Source of the DNA: Candidatus Saccharimonadota bacterium
GTDB taxonomy: Bacteria > Patescibacteriota > Gracilibacteria > UBA4473
Assembly: GCA_030429505.1 (NCBI GenBank)
Contig: JAUIFI010000001.1
Location: 900,001 to 932,000, forward strand
Direction of reading: 5' to 3'
DNA: 32,000 nt
The notes beneath the pieces are model-generated. The model was given only the letters and a program-made list of their open reading frames with translations. It ran no database searches and was not told the origin of the DNA. Both the position numbers and the translations under genes were made by a program. The number at the start of each line of letters is the position of its first letter. Position 1 is the stretch's first letter. This document shows positions 24,943 through 32,000 of the stretch, one piece after another.

Positions 24943-26847
24943 ATGAATTTTTCATTGCCGTCACATCATAAACCACTTGGACCAGATCGTCTGGGTTTTT
25001 TGGAAATATTCAAAAAATCATGTAAACGAACAATCTTGGAAATGTTGCGTACGTCGCAGTCAGGACATCCGGGAGGATCCCTTTCTAGCTTAGATCTTCT
25101 CGCAACCTTATATGTTTTTCGACTCTCACAAACAAAAGAAAAATTAATTGTCTCTAATGGACATATTTCTCCAGGTGTGTATTCGGTACTCGCAGAAATA
25201 GGCGTCGTAAAAAAAGATGATGTTATCAAAGGTTTTCGACAAATGGGTTCCATCTTTGAAGGACACATAACCCGACATATTCCAAGTATTCCGTATGGAA
25301 CAGGTCCTTTGGGAATTGGCGTTTCTGTTGCTTCGGGTATGGCTTTAGCAGAAAAAAAGAAAAAATCAGGACAAAGAGTCTTTGCTTTGCTTGGAGATGG
25401 TGAAGCACAAGAAGGACAGGTATACGAAATGGCTCTTTTTGCTGCCAAGTATCAACTCAATAATTTTACTGTTTTTGTAGATCACAACCGTGTTCAACTC
25501 ACAGATAGCTTAAAAAATATTATGCCTATAGACATTGCAGCTGTGTTTAAGGCAACACAATGGAACGTACTCGAAATCGATGGACATGATCCAGAGGCAA
25601 TTTGGGTTGCTCTCGGGAAGTCAGAAAAAGAAAAAAATCGCCCCACAGTAATCATCGGGCAAACCATCATGGGATATGGAATCAAAGACCTAGAAGAAGA
25701 TGGGAAAAAATTCAAATCTACCTGGCACGGCAAAGCACCTAACCCTGACCAAATTGATGATATGCTCAAGTCTTTATCTCTCACCAAAGACGAACAAAAA
25801 ATCCTCGACACATTCCGAAGAGACACAAAATTCCGCCCCTCAAAACCAGAATTTATAAAAAATCTTACCAAATTAAAAATAAAAACAGGAACACCCATTG
25901 TTTATGATGCTGACATCACTACAGATTGTCGATCAGCCTATGGAAAAGCTTTGTTTGATCTCGCCAAACATAATCCAAATATCGTAGCTGGCACAGCCGA
26001 TCTGGGAGGATCGGTCATGACCAAGTTTGTCAAAGCCGACTTGCCGGAACAATTTATCGAATTTGGCATCTGTGAGCAAAACATGGTTTCCGCCTCCGGA
26101 GGTTTATCCTTGTCTTCATACATTCCGTTTTGTTCGACTTTTGGAGCCTTTATGACGAGTCGCGCCAAAGATCAAGCACGCGTCAATGATATTAACCGCA
26201 CGAATGTCAAAATGGTATCCACTCATTGCGGCTTGTCAGTCGGTGAAGATGGACCAACCCATCAAGCGATTGATGACATGGGATCAATGATCGGACTTTT
26301 CAATACACATGTGATCGAACCCGCCGACCCGAATCATTGCGACCGCATTATTCGTTATGCATCCAGTCATTATGGTAACTTCTACGTTCGCATGGGACGA
26401 CACAAGATTCCGGTTTTGACCAAAGAAGATGGCTCTGTGTTTTTTGATAAAAAGTACAAATACGAATACGGGAAGACTGACGTTCTTCGTTCCGGGAAAA
26501 AAGTCACCATTGTCGCCACCGGCGCATGTGTCATTGAAGCCCTCAAAGCTCGTGAAGAAAGTGGAGTCGATGCGGAAATTATCATTGCCAGTTCTATCAA
26601 GCAGTTTGACGACACTTTGGCAAAATCACTCAAAAAGACCCAAAAAGTTATCACTGTTGAGGATCATAATTATCAGTCGGGTCTAGGGGCGGCAGTTGCG
26701 CTTTTTGCTACCCAAAAAGGCGTTCAATTGAAAAAATTTGAAACTTTAGCCGTCAAAGAATACCAATTGTCCGGGAAAGCTTCAGAGCTCTATCATGCGG
26801 CTGGTATTGATCGGAAAGCAATTGTGAAAGTGTTGAAAAAAATGTAA
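24943..26847 (+). CDS. tkt: Transketolase (N- and C-terminal halves fused, 634 aa)
   Basis: It has SQSGHPGGSLSSLDLLATLY, GDGEAQEGQVYEMALFA (TPP-binding GDG motif), and a C-terminal pyrimidine-binding half with EQNMVSASGGLS and GEDGPTHQAIDD. I prefer the ATG at 24943, because the track TTG at 24844 lies inside the terminator hairpin. Confidence 0.9.
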   Translation: MNFSLPSHHKPLGPDRLGFLEIFKKSCKRTILEMLRTSQSGHPGGSLSSLDLLATLYVFRLSQTKEKLIVSNGHISPGVYSVLAEIGVVKKDDVIKGFRQMGSIFEGHITRHIPSIPYGTGPLGIGVSVASGMALAEKKKKSGQRVFALLGDGEAQEGQVYEMALFAAKYQLNNFTVFVDHNRVQLTDSLKNIMPIDIAAVFKATQWNVLEIDGHDPEAIWVALGKSEKEKNRPTVIIGQTIMGYGIKDLEEDGKKFKSTWHGKAPNPDQIDDMLKSLSLTKDEQKILDTFRRDTKFRPSKPEFIKNLTKLKIKTGTPIVYDADITTDCRSAYGKALFDLAKHNPNIVAGTADLGGSVMTKFVKADLPEQFIEFGICEQNMVSASGGLSLSSYIPFCSTFGAFMTSRAKDQARVNDINRTNVKMVSTHCGLSVGEDGPTHQAIDDMGSMIGLFNTHVIEPADPNHCDRIIRYASSHYGNFYVRMGRHKIPVLTKEDGSVFFDKKYKYEYGKTDVLRSGKKVTIVATGACVIEALKAREESGVDAEIIIASSIKQFDDTLAKSLKKTQKVITVEDHNYQSGLGAAVALFATQKGVQLKKFETLAVKEYQLSGKASELYHAAGIDRKAIVKVLKKM

Positions 26848-26853
26848 GTATTT

Positions 26854-27450
26854 TTATTTCTTTCTGGATCCAATAGCAAACAAAAGGAGGGACCCTATCG
26901 CCCCCAACGTGTCCATCAAGATATCCTTCTGTGCATCCCAGATATCACCCTGACTTCCCAAGAAACTCGCTCCTGCGTCGCCACCGAAAGTCACCACAAA
27001 CCACCACTCAATCAGCTCATACGTCGCCGCCAGACTCATGATCGCAAATAAGGCAAAGAGCCATAAAACAATTTTATTTTGAATGAATTTTTCTCGATGA
27101 AGAAATTCCGCAATCGGAAACGCAAAAAAACCGATGAAAAAATGTCCAAAGCGATCAAAGTGATTTCTTTCAAACCCAAACGTGTCCGTTGTCCAATCAA
27201 ACGGCACTCTCTCAAAGGTAAAGTGTCCCCCCACTGTATGCCAGAAAATCCAAAACGCCATGAGGAAGTAAGCAAGATTGGAAAATCTGAATCTGGTGTA
27301 CGTCAGTACCAATCCCAACACCACCAGCAGAACCGGAATATTTTCCGCCCACCAGACACCACGATCATAGGGATCGAAGGCAAGACAAATCCAGAACGGA
27401 ATGTAGAGAGCAAGAAGGAAATGTGGAAAGAAATGATTGATTTTTTTCAT
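26854..27450 (-). CDS. DUF2238 (YjdF-like) integral membrane protein
   Basis: WWAENIPVLLVV...RFRFSNLAYFLMAFWIFWHTVGGHFTFERVPF matches my recollection of the DUF2238 signature. Confidence 0.6.
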   Translation of the reverse strand: MKKINHFFPHFLLALYIPFWICLAFDPYDRGVWWAENIPVLLVVLGLVLTYTRFRFSNLAYFLMAFWIFWHTVGGHFTFERVPFDWTTDTFGFERNHFDRFGHFFIGFFAFPIAEFLHREKFIQNKIVLWLFALFAIMSLAATYELIEWWFVVTFGGDAGASFLGSQGDIWDAQKDILMDTLGAIGSLLLFAIGSRKK

Positions 27451-27935
27451 GAAACTTTTCTATCAATATCATCTAAATACTCATCCCACCAATTAATAGC
27501 TTTTTCGTACATATCTATAGGATTTTGACCTTCAAAAATGCCTTTGTTAATTACGTATTTTACTTTTACTTCTGGAGGCTTAGTATCTTGCTTGGGTGTT
27601 TGTTTGGTTCTATTTAAGTAAACAGTTTCTGTAAGAGTAATTGCTATTGCTTGCCCTGCAGAGGTTTCATTTTCTTTGAGTAAATCATCTCTTTCCTTTT
27701 TAATAAAGTCTTTGAAAATATCATCGTCTTTCATTTCTTGGTGCTTGTTTTGAATAACTTCTTTCATCTTACTGCTTATTTTACTGTCTTTGTTCTGCAA
27801 AACGTTTCCAATGGATCGTAAGCTAGTCATAGCAGCTTTCCATTTTCTTTTCCAATCCTTCCCCATTGGTTTTTGACGAAGTTCTTGTAAATAATCTCTA
27901 CACTCATCAAGGACAATTTTTGCTTCTTGAGTCAT
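27447..27935 (-). CDS. Hypothetical protein (162 aa, charged/helical)
   Basis: It sits between thrS and the DUF2238 gene on the same strand, and its stop overlaps the DUF2238 start by 4 bp. I recognise no family. Confidence 0.55.
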   Translation of the reverse strand: MTQEAKIVLDECRDYLQELRQKPMGKDWKRKWKAAMTSLRSIGNVLQNKDSKISSKMKEVIQNKHQEMKDDDIFKDFIKKERDDLLKENETSAGQAIAITLTETVYLNRTKQTPKQDTKPPEVKVKYVINKGIFEGQNPIDMYEKAINWWDEYLDDIDRKVS

Positions 27936-27947
27936 AACTAGATTAAT

Positions 27948-29699
27948 TTATTTTTTTAGTAAACTAAGCAACTCCTCCACCTTCATCACCTCATCCTTCT
28001 CCTCTCCATACCTCCGCACCGTTACATTACCAGTCTCCATTTCCTTATCTCCAACAATAATCGCCATCGGGATTTTCTGCGTCTGAGCATTTCGAATGCG
28101 TTTCCCGAGACTTTCACCGCTGTCCTGCATTTCGGCCCGACCATTCACACTTCGAATTTGTTCTAAAAGTTTTTCTGCAAACACTTCATGCTTCTCCGCA
28201 ATCGGTAAAATATGTGCTTGTACCGGTGCCAACCACACCGGAAACGCTCCGGCGAAGTGCTCAATGAGGATCGATAAAAATCGTTCCAGCGACCCCGCTA
28301 CCGCTCGATGGATCATGACGGGGCGATCTTTTTCGCCTTTTTCATTCACATACTCCAAACCAAATCGTTCCGGCATCACAAAATCAATCTGAATCGTTCC
28401 CAACTGCCATTGTCGTCCCAAAGCATCCTTGAACTGGAAATCCAGCTTTGGACCATAGAACGCTGCCTCACCTTCCACCCGAGTAGCATTCAACCCTTCC
28501 TCGGTTGCAATTTCTTCCAAAAATTTTTCAGCCTTATCCCAATTTTTAGATTCTCCTAAGTATTTTTCAGGTTTTTCTGGATCACGAACCGACAAAGATA
28601 CCCAGAAATTGCCTTCGCCCATGAGGTCCAATTTTCCGTAAAATTCTTTGATAACCGAGACGATGTTTTTTCCCTCTTGCTTGATCTGATCCACTCGACA
28701 AAACACATGCCCATCGTCCTGCGTAATCGAACGAACACGAGAAAGCCCCAGAAGCTCTCCCGGCTGTTCATCACGATAGCACGTGGTCACCTCCGCAAAC
28801 CGTAACGGTAAATCCCGATAACTTCGCATTCGCGAAGCATAAATCTGCGTATGATGAGGGCAATTCATAGGTTTCATGACAAACTCTTGATCTTGTTTCC
28901 CCTTCACATGAAAGAGATCATCTTTGTATTTTGCCCAATGACCAGACGTCTCATAAAGTTCTTTTTTAGTAATATGAGGAATGCAAACTGGTTGGTAGCC
29001 ATGCTTTGCCTGGATATTTTGAATAGTAGTAGCAATTTTGTTCCGCAAGAAAGTTCCTTTTGGCGTAAACAAAGGCAACCCAGGACCAACTTTTTCTGAG
29101 AAAGTAAACAAGTCCAGCTCTGCTCCAAGCTTGCGATGATCTCGTTTTTTCGCTTCTTCGAGCAAATATTCATATTCTTGCAGTTGCTCTTCTGCCTCAA
29201 AGGCTACCCCATAAATTCTCGTCAACATCGGTTGCGTTTCATCCCCTCGCCAGTAAGAACCAGCTAATTTCATGAGTTTAAACACTCCGAGTTGTCCCGT
29301 TGACTCTAAATGTGGTCCAGCACATAAGTCCACGTAAAATACCTTTCCATCGTCATTCAAAAAGTCATACAGCGAAATCTTTTCTCCTCGTTCTATGATG
29401 CCATCAATCAACTCAATCTTATATTTATCATGAGAAAACATTTTCTTTGCTTCATCACCCGATACCAACCTTTTTTTAATCTTGAAGTCTTTGTTCACAA
29501 TCCAGCGCATCTTTTTCTCAATAGTTTTAAAATCATGCTCAGATATTTTTTCTGATCCAAAGTCAAAATCCTGATAGTATCCATCATCAGTCCACGGTCC
29601 CACCCCACGTTTGCTATCTGGATACAACATCATAACGGCGGCTGTCATCACATGAGAGCCCGTATGACGACGTCTGACTTCGAGATCTGATTGGTTCAT
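27948..29699 (-). CDS. thrS: Threonyl-tRNA synthetase lacking the N-terminal TGS domain
   Basis: It has RRHTGSHVMTAAV (editing-domain His motif), class II motifs (FRDEQ-like YRDEQPGELLGLSRVRSITQDDGHVF, GAFYGPKLD) and an anticodon-binding C-terminus. I prefer the ATG at 29699 (MNQSDLEV), because the track GTG at 29756 lies inside the leader structure. Confidence 0.9.
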   Translation of the reverse strand: MNQSDLEVRRRHTGSHVMTAAVMMLYPDSKRGVGPWTDDGYYQDFDFGSEKISEHDFKTIEKKMRWIVNKDFKIKKRLVSGDEAKKMFSHDKYKIELIDGIIERGEKISLYDFLNDDGKVFYVDLCAGPHLESTGQLGVFKLMKLAGSYWRGDETQPMLTRIYGVAFEAEEQLQEYEYLLEEAKKRDHRKLGAELDLFTFSEKVGPGLPLFTPKGTFLRNKIATTIQNIQAKHGYQPVCIPHITKKELYETSGHWAKYKDDLFHVKGKQDQEFVMKPMNCPHHTQIYASRMRSYRDLPLRFAEVTTCYRDEQPGELLGLSRVRSITQDDGHVFCRVDQIKQEGKNIVSVIKEFYGKLDLMGEGNFWVSLSVRDPEKPEKYLGESKNWDKAEKFLEEIATEEGLNATRVEGEAAFYGPKLDFQFKDALGRQWQLGTIQIDFVMPERFGLEYVNEKGEKDRPVMIHRAVAGSLERFLSILIEHFAGAFPVWLAPVQAHILPIAEKHEVFAEKLLEQIRSVNGRAEMQDSGESLGKRIRNAQTQKIPMAIIVGDKEMETGNVTVRRYGEEKDEVMKVEELLSLLKK

Positions 29700-29846
29700 C
29701 AAAAATATATTATAAAAAAATCTCCTCATAGTATCGGAGATTCGGTGTTCTATCACGAAACCTCCGAGACTATCGGATCGTTGTTTCGGTGGTGAGGGAG
29801 AAGATATTCACGTTCCAAACTTTACGGCGATACCATTAAAAGTCAA
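29700..29846 (-). promoter_or_regulatory. thrS promoter plus ~110-nt leader with terminator/antiterminator-style alternative hairpins
   Basis: On the reverse strand, TTGACT (29846-29841) is followed by a 16-nt spacer and TAAAGT (29824-29819). Hairpin H1 spans 29754-29791 with inner stem-loop UCCGA-UAGUC-UCGGA (29763-29777). The terminator AAUCUCC-GAUACUAUGA-GGAGAUU (29719-29742) is followed by a U-run. UCGGAG of H1 can alternatively pair with CUCCGA of the terminator 5' arm. Confidence 0.55.
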
Positions 29847-29855
29847 ATATCTTTC

Positions 29856-32000
29856 CTATTTCTTCAGTGAGAAATCAGGTCCTTTTAGGGGATTGCTTTT
29901 AGACAGTTTTTTCCCATTGGGAAGAATAAAATCTAAGTCATCTCCTATATCATAATTAATTCCATCAATCTCTAAAACCATAAATTGAATATTCCCAGGT
30001 GCTGAAGACTCTAAGGTGTCAGTAGTGACAAAAAACTCTTGTTTCATTCCTGATGGAATTTCCAGAAAAATATCATTAAAGCCAACTCCATCATCACTGT
30101 TTTTGAGATTGTGAGCCGACCCTTGTTGAACTCCGTTTGCAAAAAGGGCGACGGTAAAATTCCTGAGATCTGCAGCCTTATCACGACCAATAGCTGACAA
30201 GGTAAAACCTTTGATATGAGCTTCTGCAGCACTGGTATTATTGACCTCAATCTGCATGACCTCTACATCATCAACCCCTGCCGTGATAGCAATTTCTCGA
30301 GGGGATGAAGTTTCTCGAAGAGGAATATCCGAAGTAGCTAATGTAATGACAGGACCTTTTACAGGAAATGTACTATTGAGTACATTGTCTCCGTGAAAAG
30401 TACCGACAAACTGATTAGTTTGAATAGCATGAGCAATTATATCTCTCAAAAAAAGTTGAATAGTTCCAGGTCCAGAGCTCTCTATAGTATCAACATAAAC
30501 AACAAGCTCTTTCTTTTCACCGCTTTTTAAATGTACATTGACATCATTAAAGCCAGTCAAGCCACTACTATGAATATTTTTAGCTGATCCTTGCTGAACT
30601 CCATTTACAAAAAGAGCAACTGTAAAATTAGAAAGATTCTTGGCATTTCCCGTGCCAGTAACCCACATACCAAAACTCGTTGCAAAAACCTCCTCTTTAT
30701 GAGAATTCAATAAATCAAACCGGAGCATTTCAATGTCATCAGCTCCCGCTGTTATAGTGACTGAATCATTATTCTTTCCAAAAACCTCAAGTTCATTCTT
30801 CTCAAAGCTAATACAAGCACCATCTCGACAACCGTGTTCACAATCATGAGATCGATTAGTTAATTTTCCTTTTTCGCAAAATCCTTCCTGTAGTGAACAA
30901 TTAGAGCCAGAACACTCTTTCACTCGCGAATAACGCCAAAACTTATCCCCGACTTTTTCTTTTAAGAGACATCGATCTTCAAAATATCTTCGTCCCCCTC
31001 CCAACAACTTTTCTTCAGCTGTGCCCTTTACAAAATAATCCTTCCCACCATCAGAATCAGTACAAAGAGAAGCCTTTTGTACTACGGAAGAGTTATTGGT
31101 ATTTTGTAACACGTCTTCGGAATGTGCCGGAAAAGAAGAGCCTGTCGGAGAAGAAGCAGAAGAATCAAGGTCTCGAAGACAACGAACCGGATATGCCATT
31201 ACTTTATCTGCCGGATAAGAGATACTCATATCAGAATATTCTTTCAAATATACAAGCTCTCCGTCCGTCTCGCTAATATCAGGAGTAAGCCAGAAAAATC
31301 CTTGTGCTCCAAAAGCATCATTGTATCTCACAAAACTATTGGTAAAAGGATCCCATCCGCCAAATAAAGCACCGTTAAATCCAGACGTATTACAGTTTTG
31401 TCCCTGCCAACAATATTGCTTTTTTTTGAGCTTATCCCCTGAATCTTTTCCAAGAGTATCCAAGAGCACAGAATAATCATGGTGATTTGGGATGCGCCAC
31501 CCAGAAGGACAAATACCTTGATGATTTTCGGGATCAGGTATCTTGTTTGAACAATTATTATACAAACAATCGGCAGAAACTTTCATAGCCGTATGCCATT
31601 GATACATACCACCAGAACCCTCAGAATCATTCGGGGCACAAGTCTGATCAGTATTGAGATAACAAAATTTTTGAGTTCCAGCTTGGTTGTCTTGATAAGG
31701 AAGACCAAAAGAATCTCTCTCTGCCTGATCAGAACGAAGGTGTACTCCATAATTTAAATTTCGCGCAAACCAGCATTGAGGACCAATTTGCACAGTTGGA
31801 TATGATTGTCCGTCTCGAGGATCAAGAGCCATTCGTCCACACTCAGTAAAAGGAGTCGCAGATACAGGAGGTCTCAAAGAAGAAGTCGGTGTTTGGACAG
31901 GTTGGACATTTGCTCCCGTCGCGCCAGCTACGGCACCAGTCGCTGGTTTTGGTATACGTGGAATTCCTTGAACGACTGAAGGCGACGAGGAAGAGGAGCC
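29856..32000 (-). CDS. Large surface/secreted protein: FISUMP domain, Cys-rich module and two tandem ~140-aa C-terminal repeats (5' end beyond the window)
   Basis: DPRDGQSYPTVQIGPQCWFARNLNYG is the Fibrobacter succinogenes major paralogous domain signature. The frame stays open upstream of the track TTG at 31877 through base 32000 (GSSSSSPSVVQGIPRIPKPATGAVAGATGANVQPVQTPTS...). Confidence 0.8.
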   Translation of the reverse strand, partial: GSSSSSPSVVQGIPRIPKPATGAVAGATGANVQPVQTPTSSLRPPVSATPFTECGRMALDPRDGQSYPTVQIGPQCWFARNLNYGVHLRSDQAERDSFGLPYQDNQAGTQKFCYLNTDQTCAPNDSEGSGGMYQWHTAMKVSADCLYNNCSNKIPDPENHQGICPSGWRIPNHHDYSVLLDTLGKDSGDKLKKKQYCWQGQNCNTSGFNGALFGGWDPFTNSFVRYNDAFGAQGFFWLTPDISETDGELVYLKEYSDMSISYPADKVMAYPVRCLRDLDSSASSPTGSSFPAHSEDVLQNTNNSSVVQKASLCTDSDGGKDYFVKGTAEEKLLGGGRRYFEDRCLLKEKVGDKFWRYSRVKECSGSNCSLQEGFCEKGKLTNRSHDCEHGCRDGACISFEKNELEVFGKNNDSVTITAGADDIEMLRFDLLNSHKEEVFATSFGMWVTGTGNAKNLSNFTVALFVNGVQQGSAKNIHSSGLTGFNDVNVHLKSGEKKELVVYVDTIESSGPGTIQLFLRDIIAHAIQTNQFVGTFHGDNVLNSTFPVKGPVITLATSDIPLRETSSPREIAITAGVDDVEVMQIEVNNTSAAEAHIKGFTLSAIGRDKAADLRNFTVALFANGVQQGSAHNLKNSDDGVGFNDIFLEIPSGMKQEFFVTTDTLESSAPGNIQFMVLEIDGINYDIGDDLDFILPNGKKLSKSNPLKGPDFSLKK
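29868..30761 (-). repeat. Tandem intragenic duplication encoding two related domains
   Basis: The units span 30342-30761 and 29868-30296. They share ITAG(A/V)DD(I/V)E, NFTVALF(V/A)NGVQQGSA(K/H)N, GFND and D T(I/L)ESS(G/A)PG(T/N)IQ. Confidence 0.75.

Noticed and set aside
29700-29812. Canonical T-box riboswitch upstream of thrS
   Set aside because: The leader is only about 110 nt long. It lacks the conserved T-box sequence (AAnnnGGGTGGnACCGCG) and any UGGN bulge that could pair with the tRNA NCCA end. The only GGTGGT string is on the opposite strand.
1-32000. Alternative genetic code (UGA recoding, as in some candidate phyla)
   Set aside because: TGA terminates nrdR and adk exactly at conserved C-termini in ATGA overlaps. 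All conserved genes are also full length under the standard code.
1-32000. CRISPR arrays, IS elements, integrases, prophage or toxin-antitoxin pairs
   Set aside because: There are no regularly spaced direct repeats, no transposase or integrase-like ORFs and no terminal inverted repeats. The AbrB/MazE-like gene at 4752-4967 has no adjacent toxin ORF, since the next gene is the DUF1858 fusion. RuvC at 23001-23471 is the canonical 156-aa resolvase, not an IS110-type transposase.

Overview
This is an A/T-rich bacterial chromosomal segment that uses the standard genetic code: TGA serves as the stop codon in the ATGA gene overlaps nrdR/adk and adk/map. It is tightly packed with housekeeping genes. 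I support about 31 CDS. These are rpoC (N-terminal part, missing from the ORF track because its ORF is open at the left edge), a four-gene sugar/Fe-S-like operon, smpB, nrdR, adk, map, a lipoprotein, a PGM/PMM-family mutase, gltX preceded by three prepilin-like genes, lepA, two orphan genes, SPFH, MgtC/DUF4010, xth, a secreted LTD/PKD protein, a membrane protein, ruvC, a 2H phosphoesterase, a fused transketolase, DUF2238, thrS and a large FISUMP-domain surface protein open at the right edge. The gene content (minor pilins, LTD and FISUMP surface proteins, TGS-less ThrRS, many starts without a Shine-Dalgarno) resembles small-genome Patescibacteria/CPR-like organisms, but that is inference only. 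I found no rRNA, tRNA, CRISPR array, IS element or integrase. The strongest unexplained signal is non-coding. A 738-bp ORF-free gap (24205-24942) has an exact consensus promoter (TTGACA-17-TACAAT), about 575 nt containing several long helices, and a hairpin followed by seven T. I could not assign it to tmRNA, RNase P, SRP or any riboswitch class by eye. Other regulatory candidates are a thrS leader with mutually exclusive hairpins and Thr-related loop triplets, a small promoter-to-terminator unit downstream of the mutase gene, an rpoC with no adjacent rpoB behind a 470-bp extremely A/T-rich gap, and an NrdR that has lost two of its four zinc-ribbon cysteines.
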